Below are positions 49,010 through 60,542 of a stretch of DNA of 64,000 nucleotides, in pieces (the stretch's first letter is position 1; the number at the start of each line of letters is the position of its first letter). Both the position numbers and the translations under genes were made by a program. The notes beneath the pieces are model-generated. The model saw only the letters and a program-made list of their open reading frames with translations, had not been told where the DNA came from and made no database searches. This DNA is from Candidatus Phaeomarinibacter sp. (GTDB lineage: Bacteria; Pseudomonadota; Alphaproteobacteria; CGMCC-115125), in contig JBHJJF010000009.1 of the NCBI GenBank assembly GCA_050042885.1, positions 25,000 to 88,999 of the forward strand. Reading direction: 5' to 3'.

Positions 49010-49894
49010 ATGGAGTTGAAATTGGCCAACAGCTTGCGGACCGGCGTTCTGATTGCGGTGATGACCGCACTCTTTTTGGGTATTGGCTATCTCGTCGGCG
49101 GCATGGGCGGCGCGGCCATCGCATTCGTCATCGCGCTGGGGATGAACGCCTTTGCCTATTGGAATTCGGACAAGATGGTGCTGCGCATGTATGGCGCCCG
49201 TCAGGTCGACGAAGCCTCCGCTCCTGACCTTGTCAAAATGGTGAAGCAGCTTGCTGAGAACGCAGACCTGCCGATGCCCAAGGTCTATGTCATCGACAAT
49301 GACCAACCCAACGCCTTTGCCACCGGCCGGAACCCGGAAAACGCGGCCGTTGCTGCCACGACCGGCCTCCTGTCATGCCTGACACCTCAGGAAGTGGCCG
49401 GCGTCATGGCCCATGAGCTGGCGCATGTGAAAAACCGTGACACCCTGACCATGACCATCACCGCCACCCTGGCCGGCGCCATATCCATGCTCGCCAATTT
49501 CGCCCTGTTTTTTGGCGGCAACCGCAACAACCCGCTGGGGATCATCGGCGCCATCGCCTTGATGATCCTGGCACCGATGGCAGCAGGTCTGGTGCAGATG
49601 GCCATCAGCCGCGCGCGCGAATATGAGGCCGACAAGATGGGCGCTGAAATCTGCGGGCGGCCTTTGTGGCTCGCCTCAGCGCTGGAAAAGATCGAGGGGT
49701 TCGCCTCACGCATCGACAACAATGTGGCCGAGCGCAACCCGGCCTCCGCGTCTTTGTTCATCATCAACCCCCTGCACACCCAAAAGAGCGACGCGCTGTT
49801 TTCGACCCACCCCAACACGGCCAACCGCGTTGCGGCACTGCGGGCGATGGCGGGGGAAACAGGGGCCGGCGAGAGTGCCCGGCCATGGGGATAA
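49010..49894 (+). CDS. htpX: Zinc metalloprotease HtpX
   Basis: [26 protein letters not shown]. Confidence 0.96.
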   Translation: MELKLANSLRTGVLIAVMTALFLGIGYLVGGMGGAAIAFVIALGMNAFAYWNSDKMVLRMYGARQVDEASAPDLVKMVKQLAENADLPMPKVYVIDNDQPNAFATGRNPENAAVAATTGLLSCLTPQEVAGVMAHELAHVKNRDTLTMTITATLAGAISMLANFALFFGGNRNNPLGIIGAIALMILAPMAAGLVQMAISRAREYEADKMGAEICGRPLWLASALEKIEGFASRIDNNVAERNPASASLFIINPLHTQKSDALFSTHPNTANRVAALRAMAGETGAGESARPWG

Positions 49895-49955
49895 GGTAAC
49901 CTCAGCCGCACACAGCCTTTTACTTGCGCGCCCAAGCTGCGTATAGCTGCGCGCC

Positions 49956-51326
49956 ATGAACACACCAAGACCCAAAAACGGCTCAAGAGGCAGACGTGCC
50001 AACGCCAACAAGACACCTGGTCTGGGCGCACGCCGGGCGGCAGCCGCCCTGCTGACAGCAGTGCTGACCGACGGTCGCCCGCTGGATGAAGCGTTGGCAG
50101 CCGAGCAGGACGTGAACGGCACCCTCGCCCGGCTCGACCCGCGCGACCGCGGCTTTGCCCGCACCATTGCGGCCACAGCCCTGCGCCGTCACGGCCAGAT
50201 TTCCGACATCCTCACCCATTTCCTGGACAAGCCCCTGCCGGAAAAATCCGGTATTGCGACGCCCATCCTGCATGGCGCAATTGCTGAACTCCTGTTTCTG
50301 GATGTCGCCCCGCACGCCACTGTCAGCGCCTGTGTCGCGCTTGCCAAGACGGACAAGAACGCCCGTCACTTCGCGGGCCTGCTCAACGCGGTGCTGCGCC
50401 GCGCTTCCCGCGAAGGGCCTGCACTCCGCGACGCGCAGGATGCCGTTGCCCTGAATACACCCGAGTGGCTTCTCACAAGCTGGCGCAACGCCTATGGCGA
50501 GGAAACAGCGACTGCGATAGCCAACGCACATCTCGCAGAGGCGCCACTGTACCTGACGGTAAAGTCAGACGCAGCGGGATGGGCAGATAAGCTCACCGGC
50601 GCGGTTCTGCCGACCGGAAGTATCCGCCTGACGGAGGGTGGCCGCGTGGACACGCTGGACGGGTACAAGGACGGCGAGTGGTGGGTGCAGGACGCAGCCG
50701 CTGCCTTGCCGGCAAAGCTCTTCGACAATATCTCCGGCAAACGGGTGCTTGACGTGTGTGCCGCTCCCGGCGGCAAGCCCCTTGAGCTGGCAGCCGCCGG
50801 TGCTGATGTGACGGCTCTCGACAGGTCTGCAAAGCGCCTCGTCCGTGTGACCCATAACCTCAAACGCACCAAACTCGCCGCCAAGGTTGTGACAGCCAAT
50901 GCCCTGACCTGGGAACCGGACGGCAATGACAAGACCTTCGACCACGTCCTTGTCGACGCCCCCTGCTCCGCGACAGGCACGATCCGGCGTCATCCCGACA
51001 TTCCGCATCTCAAGTCCACATCCGACCTGGCCAAGCTGGTGTCGCAGCAGGAAAAGCTGCTGACAAAGGCCGCGGAGCTGACATCTCCCGGCGGCACACT
51101 CATCTACTGCACCTGCTCGCTTCAGCCGCAGGAAGGCGAACAGCAGATTGAAAAGTTCCTCGCCGCCAATGCAGGCTTCGAGCGGTTGCCGATCACGCCC
51201 GCGGACCTGCCCGGACTTGAGGAAGCTGTGACCGCCGACGGCGACATGCGCACATTGCCTACCTTCTGGGCTGGGGAAGGTGGCATGGACGGGTTTTTTG
51301 CCGCCCGCCTCAAACGCGCCGAATAG
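49956..51326 (+). CDS. rsmB: RsmB/NOP family rRNA m5C methyltransferase with NusB-like domain
   Basis: NAVLRR, WVQD, DVCAAPGGK, DAPCSATG, YCTCSL. Confidence 0.9.
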   Translation: MNTPRPKNGSRGRRANANKTPGLGARRAAAALLTAVLTDGRPLDEALAAEQDVNGTLARLDPRDRGFARTIAATALRRHGQISDILTHFLDKPLPEKSGIATPILHGAIAELLFLDVAPHATVSACVALAKTDKNARHFAGLLNAVLRRASREGPALRDAQDAVALNTPEWLLTSWRNAYGEETATAIANAHLAEAPLYLTVKSDAAGWADKLTGAVLPTGSIRLTEGGRVDTLDGYKDGEWWVQDAAAALPAKLFDNISGKRVLDVCAAPGGKPLELAAAGADVTALDRSAKRLVRVTHNLKRTKLAAKVVTANALTWEPDGNDKTFDHVLVDAPCSATGTIRRHPDIPHLKSTSDLAKLVSQQEKLLTKAAELTSPGGTLIYCTCSLQPQEGEQQIEKFLAANAGFERLPITPADLPGLEEAVTADGDMRTLPTFWAGEGGMDGFFAARLKRAE

Positions 51327-51383
51327 CGCTGCTATTCCCCTCCTTTGTTGCCGTGAACCTCAAGCCTCTGCTACGTCACACAT

Positions 51384-52043
51384 ATGCAAAACATCCGAAT
51401 CGCCCCGTCCATCCTGTCTGCTGATTTTGCCCGCCTGGGCGAAGAGGTCCGTGCCATCGATGAGGCCGGTGCCGACTTCATTCATGTGGATGTGATGGAC
51501 GGTCACTTTGTGCCCAACCTCACCATCGGTCCAATGGTGGTAAAGGCCCTGCGTGGCCACTCGGATAAGGTGTTTGACGTCCATTTGATGATCGCGCCGG
51601 TGGACCCTTACGTGGAAGAGTTTTCCAATGCGGGCGCCGACATTATCACCGTGCACGCGGAAGCTGGTCCGCATATTCACCGCACGCTGCAGCTGATCCG
51701 ATCGCTGGGCAAGCGGCCAGGTGTCTCGCTCAACCCGGGCACGCCTGCTGATGTGGTCGACATGATTTTGGATGACGTGGACCTGATACTGGTGATGAGC
51801 GTCAATCCGGGGTTTGGCGGCCAGAAATTCATTGAAAGCCAGCTGCGCAAGATCGAAGCCCTGCGCAAGAAGATCGCCGCGACCGGCCGCGACATTCACC
51901 TCGAGGTAGATGGCGGCATCAATGCGGAAACGGCGCCTCGCGTTGTGGCGGCAGGAGCCGATGTGCTTGTGGCCGGCAGTGCGACCTTCAAGGGCGGGCC
52001 AGATGCCTATGCAGCCAACATCAGGATGCTTCGCGGCGAATAA
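51384..52043 (+). CDS. rpe: Ribulose-phosphate 3-epimerase
   Basis: [36 protein letters not shown]. Confidence 0.97.
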   Translation: MQNIRIAPSILSADFARLGEEVRAIDEAGADFIHVDVMDGHFVPNLTIGPMVVKALRGHSDKVFDVHLMIAPVDPYVEEFSNAGADIITVHAEAGPHIHRTLQLIRSLGKRPGVSLNPGTPADVVDMILDDVDLILVMSVNPGFGGQKFIESQLRKIEALRKKIAATGRDIHLEVDGGINAETAPRVVAAGADVLVAGSATFKGGPDAYAANIRMLRGE

Positions 52044-52081
52044 TCTGTAAGCTGCTGAAATGCAGCGACGACCAAGAGGGC

Positions 52082-54007
52082 ATGACAGATAGGGCAGGGC
52101 CAACAGGGAGAGTGCGGACAAGAATGAGCGGCCCGGCAGAACTGACCGGAAATCTCGCAGCCCGCTCCCTGGGGCATGCCACCCGCGCGCTCGCCGGATT
52201 TGCCTATGCATCGAAGCCCTACCATCTGACCCTGCGCGGGCCGATGCCCGATGCCATCGTTCTCAATCCGACCGAGCTGCGCCCGGCAAACACGCAGACG
52301 GGCGAACGCATCCTCAACGGCCGGTTCGATCTCACTGGCGGACATCTGGAAGGTGTGGGCGACACTCTTTTCATACAACCAACACCGTCGCGCGCATTCG
52401 CAGAAGACCTTCACGGCTTTGGCTGGCTGCGTCATCTGGCAATCCTTTCAAATGACACCAAGACGGCTCTTGCTCAACAACATGCCCGCGCCTGGCTTGA
52501 TGAATGCAGCCAATGGCATCCTGTAGGCTGGCAGCCACATGTCATTGCTCGCCGAATAATCTCCTGGTCGATCCATGGCGGCCTGCTGCTGGAAAATGCC
52601 GAACTTATTTACCGCTCCGACCTGTTGCGCTGCATGGCAGCACAAGCACGCCACCTGGCACGAACCGCACGCCGCGCGCCGGACGGACTTCCCCGGCTCA
52701 CCGCAGCCATCGGTCTGACGCTGTCAGGCGTCACGCTCACCGAGGGGCGCACACGGCTCGCAAAAGGGCTTGTCCTGCTCACCCGCGAACTGGATCGGCA
52801 ACTGCTGCCCGACGGCGGCCACATCAGCCGCAGCCCGCAAGTGCAGCTCGAACTTCTGACGGATCTTGTGTCGCTGCGCGACGCGCTGATGGCCCGCGAT
52901 GTAGAAGTTCCCGCAAAGATGCTTGGCGCCATTGATCGCGCCATGCCGATGCTGCGGTTTTTCCGCCATGGCGATGGACGCCTGGCGCTCTTCAACGGGG
53001 CCGATGAAAGCGCCGGCGGCGCCGTCGACGCAGTGCTTGCCCGGGATGATGCCAATGGAAGGCCCTTTGGCTTCGCGCCGCACTCAGGCTTTCAACGCGC
53101 CGCAGCCGGCCGCACACTTGTGGTGGTGGACGCAGGCGCACCGCCCAAACCGGCCAGCGCCGCTCGAGCCCATGCGGGCTGTCTGAGTTTTGAGATGAGC
53201 GCCGGACGGCATCGGCTGATCGTCAATTGCGGGCCAAGCCACATGCACGCGCAAACACCGCAGGCGGATCAATGGTCTGATGCAGCGCGCGCTACAGCCG
53301 CCCATTCAACCGTCACCGTGGACGACACATCGTCCGCACACATCCTGCAGGCACGCTGGCTGCGCAACATACTGGGCGCCCGCCTTGTTCGTGGCCCCAA
53401 GCTGGTCGAAAGCCGCCGGACTGAAGAAGATCGCGGTGTGTGGCTGGAGATGCGCCATGACGGCTATGTCCAGCACTTTGGCCTGGAGCATGAACGGCGC
53501 ATCTACCTGTCCGCTGACGGTGATGACTTCAGGGGCGAGGACACACTGTTCAGACTGCGGCCGCACAGCGCCAGCTGGTGGGACCCACTGCGCCTGTTCA
53601 CCGGTGGGGAAAACGAAGAAGACTTTGCCGTCCGCTTCCATCTGCACCCGGATGTTCGGGTGTCCATGGCCCATGACGGTACGACCATTCTGGCACTACT
53701 GCCAAATGGCGACGGCTGGCAGTTCCGTGCCAGCGGCAATGCCGAAATGACCCTGGAAGAATCCATCTATATGGGCCAGCCAGGCCCGCCGCGCCGCACC
53801 CAGCAGATTGTCGTCAGCCACCATGTCTTCCGCGATGAGGCCCATGTGAAGTGGAGTTTCAGGCGGCTGACCACCAAAAATCTGGGGACAGCGGACGATG
53901 CCGCCGCAAAACCGGAGCAAACAGATGCCTTTGAGCCGGAAGAAACGGACCCGTCTGTGCCCCCCATTGGCGTGCCGGAGACAGCTACACCTTCCGAAGA
54001 CGCATAG
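52082..54007 (+). CDS. Heparinase II/III family protein
   Basis: LHGFGWLRHL, LPDGGH.SR, FRHGDG.LALFNG, HAGCLSFE, AHST; conserved position before purH. Confidence 0.85.
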   Translation: MTDRAGPTGRVRTRMSGPAELTGNLAARSLGHATRALAGFAYASKPYHLTLRGPMPDAIVLNPTELRPANTQTGERILNGRFDLTGGHLEGVGDTLFIQPTPSRAFAEDLHGFGWLRHLAILSNDTKTALAQQHARAWLDECSQWHPVGWQPHVIARRIISWSIHGGLLLENAELIYRSDLLRCMAAQARHLARTARRAPDGLPRLTAAIGLTLSGVTLTEGRTRLAKGLVLLTRELDRQLLPDGGHISRSPQVQLELLTDLVSLRDALMARDVEVPAKMLGAIDRAMPMLRFFRHGDGRLALFNGADESAGGAVDAVLARDDANGRPFGFAPHSGFQRAAAGRTLVVVDAGAPPKPASAARAHAGCLSFEMSAGRHRLIVNCGPSHMHAQTPQADQWSDAARATAAHSTVTVDDTSSAHILQARWLRNILGARLVRGPKLVESRRTEEDRGVWLEMRHDGYVQHFGLEHERRIYLSADGDDFRGEDTLFRLRPHSASWWDPLRLFTGGENEEDFAVRFHLHPDVRVSMAHDGTTILALLPNGDGWQFRASGNAEMTLEESIYMGQPGPPRRTQQIVVSHHVFRDEAHVKWSFRRLTTKNLGTADDAAAKPEQTDAFEPEETDPSVPPIGVPETATPSEDA

Positions 54008-54125
54008 CGACCTTGCGCAATAATCCAGTCTGGAGAAGGACGCCCGGGCTTCATGCCGGTGCACAAACGTGCTATCGCGCCCGCTTCTCAAATGGCTTCC
54101 GTCCTTTCAAAGGCTCGCTTTCTCC

Positions 54126-55724
54126 ATGACCGCACATCAGTCCCCGCTTCGCCCCGTCCGCCGGGCCCTTCTATCCGTCTCAGACAAGGCCGGGCTCATA
54201 GATTTTGGTAAGGCACTGGCGGAACGCGGGGTTCAGTTGGTGTCAACAGGCGGCACCGCCAGGGCACTGCGCGATGCGGGCCTTGATGTCGCTGATGTCT
54301 CAGACATCACGCAGTTTCCCGAGATGATGGATGGCCGGGTCAAGACATTGCATCCCGGCGTTCATGGCGGGCTGCTCTATGTGCGCGGCAACGAGACGCA
54401 CGAAGAAGCAGCCAACAAGCACAACATCGTGCCCATCGACCTGCTGGCCGTGAACCTGTACCCATTTGAAGAGACCATCTCAAAAGGTGCCGACTACGAC
54501 ACCTCGATTGAAAACATCGATATTGGCGGACCGGCAATGATCCGTGCTGCCGCCAAGAACCACGACGGTGTGGCTGTGCTGGTGGATGCCGCAGACTATG
54601 ACGCTGTGCTGGCGGACATGGATGCCCACGACAACCAGACCAGCTTCCAGTTGCGCCAACGCCTGGCCGCCAAGGCGTATGCCCGCACCGCCGCCTATGA
54701 CGCCGCCATCTCCAACTGGTTTGCTGCCGAGATCGAAGACGACGCGCCAACCTACCGCGCTGTCGCCGGCACCTTGGCGCAGACGCTGCGCTACGGCGAA
54801 AACCCGCACCAGAACGCCGCCTTCTACACAACAGGCGACAACCGCCCCGGCGTCGCCACTGCCACCCAATTGCAGGGCAAGGAACTCTCCTACAACAATC
54901 TGAACGACACCGACGCCGCATTTGAGTGTGTCGCCGAGTTCGGCACAGAGCAGCCCGCTGTCGCAATCATCAAGCACGCCAACCCCTGCGGCGTGGCGCT
55001 TGGTGGGTCCCTCGCTGAAGCCTACGAGAAAGCCCTGCGCTGTGACCCGGTCTCAGCCTTTGGCGGCATCATTGCGCTCAACGGCACACTGGACGGCGCG
55101 ACGGCTGAAAAGATCTCCGGCATCTTCACCGAAGTCATCATCGCCCCGGACGCAGATGACGCTGCTCGCGAAATCATCGCCAAGAAGAAAAATCTCCGTC
55201 TGCTGATTACTGGAGGACTACCGGACCCGGAGGCCAAGGGCTTCACCGCCAAGACGGTTGCAGGCGGCATGCTCGTGCAGTCACGCGATGCAGGCCGTGT
55301 GATGCCCGCCGACCTCAAGGTCGTCACCAAGCGCGCGCCGTCCGAGCAGGAAATGAGCGATCTGCTCTTCGCCTTCCGTGTTGCCAAGCACGTGAAATCG
55401 AACGCGATCATCTATGCCAAGGACAACGCCTCCGTGGGCATTGGCGCCGGACAGATGAGCCGCGTTGATTCAAGCCGCATCGCCGCCCGCAAGTCAGAGG
55501 ATGCCGCGAAGGAAGCCGGTCTGACACAAGCCCTCGCCAAAGGCTCTGTTGTTGCGTCTGACGCCTTCTTCCCTTTTGCGGACGGCCTGCTGAGTGCCGC
55601 GGAAGCCGGAGCCACTGCTGTCATCCAGCCCGGCGGCTCGATCCGCGACGATGAAGTGATTGCCGCAGCGGATGAAGCAGGCCTTGCCATGGTCCTGACC
55701 AGTATGCGTCACTTCCGCCACTAG
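54126..55724 (+). CDS. purH: Bifunctional AICAR transformylase / IMP cyclohydrolase
   Basis: [48 protein letters not shown]. Confidence 0.98.
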   Translation: MTAHQSPLRPVRRALLSVSDKAGLIDFGKALAERGVQLVSTGGTARALRDAGLDVADVSDITQFPEMMDGRVKTLHPGVHGGLLYVRGNETHEEAANKHNIVPIDLLAVNLYPFEETISKGADYDTSIENIDIGGPAMIRAAAKNHDGVAVLVDAADYDAVLADMDAHDNQTSFQLRQRLAAKAYARTAAYDAAISNWFAAEIEDDAPTYRAVAGTLAQTLRYGENPHQNAAFYTTGDNRPGVATATQLQGKELSYNNLNDTDAAFECVAEFGTEQPAVAIIKHANPCGVALGGSLAEAYEKALRCDPVSAFGGIIALNGTLDGATAEKISGIFTEVIIAPDADDAAREIIAKKKNLRLLITGGLPDPEAKGFTAKTVAGGMLVQSRDAGRVMPADLKVVTKRAPSEQEMSDLLFAFRVAKHVKSNAIIYAKDNASVGIGAGQMSRVDSSRIAARKSEDAAKEAGLTQALAKGSVVASDAFFPFADGLLSAAEAGATAVIQPGGSIRDDEVIAAADEAGLAMVLTSMRHFRH

Positions 55725-55745
55725 TTGTTTGAGGAGCCGCACGCC

Positions 55746-56066
55746 ATGCTTGTCACCACCACCAACTCTGTCGAAGGCCGCCGCATCGTCGAGTACAAGG
55801 GGCTTGTCGCGGGCGAAGCCGTAACCGGCGCCAATGTGGTGCGGGATATCTTTGCCGGGCTCCGCGATTTCTTCGGCGGGAGGTCCGGGGCTTACGAAAA
55901 AGTCTTCCGCTCCAGCCGCGAAGCCGCAATCGAAGACATGATGCACCAAGCCGACGCCGCAGGCGCGAATGCTGTCGTGGGCGTCGACATCGATTACGAG
56001 TCGGTCGGCTCAAAGGGCTCCATACTCATGGCGACAGCATGCGGCACGGCAGTTGTGCTCGAATAG
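55746..56066 (+). CDS. YbjQ / UPF0145 family protein
   Basis: [40 protein letters not shown]. Confidence 0.92.
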   Translation: MLVTTTNSVEGRRIVEYKGLVAGEAVTGANVVRDIFAGLRDFFGGRSGAYEKVFRSSREAAIEDMMHQADAAGANAVVGVDIDYESVGSKGSILMATACGTAVVLE

Positions 56067-56069
56067 CCA

Positions 56070-57500
56070 CTAGGTATGAATGGCTTCAGATCGTTGTTCT
56101 TTGACAAAGAACATCATCACCAGACCGGCAACCAGAAACACCAGCACAATGGATAGGCCAAGCTGCTGATTGCCAGTCGCCTGGGTGACGATGCCGATGG
56201 TCAATGGTGCGAGAAAGGTCGTGGCCTTGCCGGCCAGGGCATAAAGCCCGAAGAACTCCGCCATCATCTCTCGGGGCGCAAGGCGCGCCAGCATTGTGCG
56301 GCTGGATGCAAGCGCCGGGCCGACACCCACACCAAAGAGACAGGCGATGGCCAGGAACATGATTTCGCCGAGACTTGAGAACGGAGCCGCACCTTCGGCG
56401 CGCGGCTCGATGTCGATCACGAAGAACATCGTGTCGCGGTCCACGGACACCAGCGCAATGCTGGTGAGGATCACCAGAAAAAGCGCACTCACGATGGTTC
56501 GCTTGCTGCCAAAGCGGGCGTCAAGGACACCTCCCAGAAAGCCGCCGATGCCGGAAAACAGGGTCACGATGATGCCGAAGACGGCAAGCTCCAGCGCCCC
56601 CCAGCCGAACAAAGCACCGGCAACGATGCCGCCGAACATGAATACTGCGGCACAGCCATCGTAGTAGAGCATCCGCGCGATGAGATAGATGCCGATATTG
56701 CGGAAGTGTTTCAGGCGCCGGAATGTCTCTCCCAGCTGCTTCAGACCCTGCCGCGCCGCCTCGGCCCGGCGCAGGCCAGATTTCGGCTGGTCCGGTGTCA
56801 GCAGGAAAAGCGGCAACATGAAAACCAGAAACCAAAGACCCGCAAGCGGGCCAACAATGCGCTCGTCTTCAAACGCTGCCCGGTCCAGCCCGAGCAGCGG
56901 TGCGTCCGGAATGAAGGACGCCTCGAGATTGCCCGGCAGCTGGAACGCGAACAGCACCAGCACCAGCGCGAAAATGCCCGCGACCTGCGCAATGCCGAAG
57001 CCAACACCAGACAACAATGCCATGCGCCGCTCGGTCGCGATGTTTGGCAGCATGGCATTGGAAAAGGTGATGACGAATTCTGCCGAGATGGACGCCAGAA
57101 TGACCATCGCCATGACCGGCACCAGCGCACCGCCCGGCTCGGCAATCCACAGGCCGGCACATGCTGCCGTCACGCCGATCAGAAAGAAGCCGATGAACGG
57201 TTTGCGAGGACCCGACGCATCCGCCATGGCACCAAGAATGGGCGAGATCAACGCGATGGCAATGCCCGCAATGGCCTGGGTGTAGCCCCAGTAGGCCTGC
57301 CCGTCAGCGGCGTCCCCCTGATAGAAGACGTTGGCGAAATAGTTGGCGAACAGGAAGATGGTGATGAGGGAGAAGTAGGGCTGGTTCGCCCACTCATACA
57401 TCAGCCAGCCGACCTGCCCCGCCGTATGATTGTGCGGCTCCCCATCAGCCGGTGACCCGATGCCCGTTTCTTCCTCGCCGCGCGGCCAGCCTTCACTCAT
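56070..57500 (-). CDS. MFS transporter, UMF1 (BtlA/Atg22-like) family, copy 3
   Basis: YEWANQPY, NAMLP, RMLYYDG, SRTMLARLAP, EFFGLYAL. Confidence 0.9.
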   Translation of the reverse strand: MSEGWPRGEEETGIGSPADGEPHNHTAGQVGWLMYEWANQPYFSLITIFLFANYFANVFYQGDAADGQAYWGYTQAIAGIAIALISPILGAMADASGPRKPFIGFFLIGVTAACAGLWIAEPGGALVPVMAMVILASISAEFVITFSNAMLPNIATERRMALLSGVGFGIAQVAGIFALVLVLFAFQLPGNLEASFIPDAPLLGLDRAAFEDERIVGPLAGLWFLVFMLPLFLLTPDQPKSGLRRAEAARQGLKQLGETFRRLKHFRNIGIYLIARMLYYDGCAAVFMFGGIVAGALFGWGALELAVFGIIVTLFSGIGGFLGGVLDARFGSKRTIVSALFLVILTSIALVSVDRDTMFFVIDIEPRAEGAAPFSSLGEIMFLAIACLFGVGVGPALASSRTMLARLAPREMMAEFFGLYALAGKATTFLAPLTIGIVTQATGNQQLGLSIVLVFLVAGLVMMFFVKEQRSEAIHT

Positions 57501-57515
57501 GCGTATGTGTCCCCT

Positions 57516-58994
57516 CTAGCCATGATCATCAGGCGCCCGCTCGGACCTTGTTTCCTGTACAAAGATCATGACCGCCATACCTGCGATCAGCAGGAGAAGG
57601 ATCGACCCGAAGCCGGCGCGCTGGCTGTCAAACATCTCCGTTGAGATACCCACCAGAATGGGCGCAACGAAGGCCGTGGCCGTACCGGACAATGCATAGA
57701 GACCAAAGAATTCCGTCATCATCTGCGCGGGTGCGATACGTGCCAGCATAGTGCGGGAATTGGCATAGGCCGCGGTGATGAAAATAGCGATGATGATGAC
57801 GACACACAGATAAAGGAGCTCCGGCAGGGTCTTGAAGAACGGCAGCGACCAGATCGGGCCGGTCACTTCATAGGGCTGAAAGAAAAGCTCTGTCGGCGTG
57901 ATGGAAATAGCCAGCAGCAAACCAACGGTCGTGCCGCCAATGGACGTCATGATGGCAGCCTTGGACCCAAACGTATCGTCCAGCCAGCCGCCGATGAGGC
58001 CCCCAAGCACTGCGAACACCGACAGGATGATGCCGTAGACCAGCATGTCGAGCGGTCCCCAGCCAAAGACACCAGCTGCGTAAACGCCGCCAAAGATGAG
58101 AACGGCCGTCTTGCCGTCATTGTAGAGCATCCGAGCGCCCAGATAGGTCGCCACGTTGCGGTAATGCTTGAGCCGCATGACTGTCTGCACCACCCGCGCC
58201 ACGCCTTTGCGCATGGCTGCTATTGCACCGATGGTATTTTTGGCAGCGTCTGGTGTGAACAGGAACAGCGGTAGCGAGAAGGCCGCGAGCCATAGTCCCG
58301 CAACCGGTCCTGAGATGCGGCTGTCCTGATGCAATGACTGATCGAGACCAAAAAGCGGGGTATCCGGAACAAATCCCCACGGGACGTTGCCCGGCAGCGT
58401 AAAGAACACCAGCATGAAGATGAGGATCAGCAGGCCGCCGAGATTGCCCAGCGCCAGACCGAGCCCAGACAAAAATCCAATGCGCGAATGCGGCGCTATG
58501 GAGGGCAGCATGGAGTTGTGGAACACCGCTGAAAATTCATAGGCAATGGTGATCGTGACAATGCAGATCGCCACGCCCCAGATCCCAATGCCGCCGTCAC
58601 CGGGCAGTGCAAACCAAAGCGCAATCATGGCGGGCACCATGATCAGCGTGAACGCGATGATCCAGGGCTTGCGGGTACCGCCAAGATCAGCGATGGCCCC
58701 CAGGAACGGCGCGAGGATGGCAATGGCCGCGCCGGCAAAGCCGTTGATGTAGCCCCAGATGGCCTGACCCTGCACCGGGTCGCCCACAACGAAGTTGGAG
58801 AAATAGGGCGCAAACACATAGATCGTGATCAGCAGCACATAGGGATTGCGGGCCCATTCAAACACCGCCCAGGAAATCTGTCCGCGTCTGTCGGCGGGAA
58901 CGCCCCCATCCGCTGACTGCGAATCGGGACCCGGCTCATCAACGCCAGCAGGCGTTGACGGCGTAATGGGAACTTCCGTGATGTCCTGTGACAC
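57516..58994 (-). CDS. MFS transporter, UMF1 family, copy 2
   Basis: FEWARNPY, NSMLP, RMLYNDG, SRTMLARIAP, EFFGLYALSG. Confidence 0.9.
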   Translation of the reverse strand: MSQDITEVPITPSTPAGVDEPGPDSQSADGGVPADRRGQISWAVFEWARNPYVLLITIYVFAPYFSNFVVGDPVQGQAIWGYINGFAGAAIAILAPFLGAIADLGGTRKPWIIAFTLIMVPAMIALWFALPGDGGIGIWGVAICIVTITIAYEFSAVFHNSMLPSIAPHSRIGFLSGLGLALGNLGGLLILIFMLVFFTLPGNVPWGFVPDTPLFGLDQSLHQDSRISGPVAGLWLAAFSLPLFLFTPDAAKNTIGAIAAMRKGVARVVQTVMRLKHYRNVATYLGARMLYNDGKTAVLIFGGVYAAGVFGWGPLDMLVYGIILSVFAVLGGLIGGWLDDTFGSKAAIMTSIGGTTVGLLLAISITPTELFFQPYEVTGPIWSLPFFKTLPELLYLCVVIIIAIFITAAYANSRTMLARIAPAQMMTEFFGLYALSGTATAFVAPILVGISTEMFDSQRAGFGSILLLLIAGMAVMIFVQETRSERAPDDHG

Positions 58995-59057
58995 GCGTGT
59001 GCCCTCCCCGGCGCAAATGGCCCGGATACGCCGGACACTGGTCGTGTTGTTGTGAAG

Positions 59058-60485
59058 TCAGTCCGAGATGGCTTCTTCGCGGCGCTCGGTCACTCCAAGC
59101 AACAGCATAAAGCCAATGACGAGAAAGACCACAATGACCGCGAGGCCGGCCCGTTGGCTGTTAAAGGCGCCCGTGGCCCAGGCAATTGCGAATGGGGCGA
59201 GGAAGGCGGTTGCTTTGCCTGACAGCGCATAGAGCCCAAAGAACTCCGTCATCATGCTGGGTGGGGCCATGCGGGCCATCAGGGTGCGGCTGGCAGCCTG
59301 GGCGGGCCCGCCGGAAATGCCGATGAGAATGCCAAAGACCAGATAGATCTGTTCACCGATGCTTGAGAAGGGCGCAGCGCCGGGTTGCGGAGGCTCGACA
59401 GGGATGGTGAAGAAGATGGTGTCAGCCCCGATGGAGGCCGACCCAACAGTGGCAACGATCAGCCCAAGGACAGAAATCTGGATCGTACGCTTGGACCCGA
59501 TCTTGTCGTCCAGCCAGCCCCCAAGGAACGCACCGGCTGCCGCGAAGATCGACAGAATGATGCCGAACAGGCCCAGCGTCATGATTTCCCAACCGAAAAT
59601 CCCTGCTGCATAGATGCCGCCGAAGGCAAAGATTGCCGACAGGCCGTCGAAATAGAGCATTCGCGACAGCAGGTAGAGCGCAATGTTGCGGTAGCGGCCC
59701 AGATGGCTGAGCGTCCGGCGGAGCTGTTTCAGACCCTTTGAAATTGCCATTACCGGACGCACACCTGTCGCCGGCGCATCCGGCGTGAACAAAAAGAGCG
59801 GGATCACAAACAGGGCAAACCAGATGGCCGTCATCGGGCCGGCAAACCGGTCCGCTTCCGACATCGCCGGATCAAGACCGAACAAGGGCGGCGCGCCAAG
59901 CATCGTCAGACCTGTCTCCCGATCCGCAGCCAGAAAGAACAGCATCAGGATCAGCGCCAGCAAACCGCCCACATAGCCGATGCCCCAGCCCGCGCCGGAC
60001 AACGTACCCATACGCGCGGAAGACACCAGCGACGGCAGCATGGCGTTGTTGAAAACCACGGCGAATTCCATGGCAACCGCGGCAGCAGCCGCCGCCACCA
60101 TGATGGGCAGTGGATTGATGGCCCCTTCGCCTGGCAGCGCAAACCACAGACAGGCAACCGCCGCACAAAAAGCGAGGGTACAGACAAACAGCCACGGCTT
60201 GCGCCGCCCGGTCTGGTCCGCGATGGACCCTAGGACGGGCGACATGAGTGCAATGATGAGGCCCGCATAGCCCAGCGTTTCGCCCCACAGGATCTGCCCC
60301 TGCGTGGGGTCGCCCACATAGGTGGCCGCGAAGTAGGGCGCGAAGATGAAGGTGGTGATGAGGGTGTAATAGGGTTGGTTGGCCCAGTCGAACATGGCCC
60401 AGGAAAACTGGCCGCCGCGTGACGCCACCGGCCCGCCAATCGCATTTGTGGCCTGGCCTGTATCGACTTGTGCGTGAGCACTCAT
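59058..60485 (-). CDS. MFS transporter, UMF1 family, copy 1
   Basis: FDWANQPY, NAMLP, RMLYFDG, SRTLMARMAP, EFFGLYALSG. Confidence 0.9.
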   Translation of the reverse strand: MSAHAQVDTGQATNAIGGPVASRGGQFSWAMFDWANQPYYTLITTFIFAPYFAATYVGDPTQGQILWGETLGYAGLIIALMSPVLGSIADQTGRRKPWLFVCTLAFCAAVACLWFALPGEGAINPLPIMVAAAAAAVAMEFAVVFNNAMLPSLVSSARMGTLSGAGWGIGYVGGLLALILMLFFLAADRETGLTMLGAPPLFGLDPAMSEADRFAGPMTAIWFALFVIPLFLFTPDAPATGVRPVMAISKGLKQLRRTLSHLGRYRNIALYLLSRMLYFDGLSAIFAFGGIYAAGIFGWEIMTLGLFGIILSIFAAAGAFLGGWLDDKIGSKRTIQISVLGLIVATVGSASIGADTIFFTIPVEPPQPGAAPFSSIGEQIYLVFGILIGISGGPAQAASRTLMARMAPPSMMTEFFGLYALSGKATAFLAPFAIAWATGAFNSQRAGLAVIVVFLVIGFMLLLGVTERREEAISD

Positions 60486-60542
60486 GATTTTCCCCTCAAC
60501 CCGCAGGGAACTCTATCAGCCGTGTGTGACGGATACACCCTG

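Noticed and set aside
52082-54007. Heparinase as evidence of a polysaccharide-degradation island
   Set aside because: This family member is a routine neighbour of rsmB/rpe/purH in Alphaproteobacteria and has no signal peptide or CAZyme context
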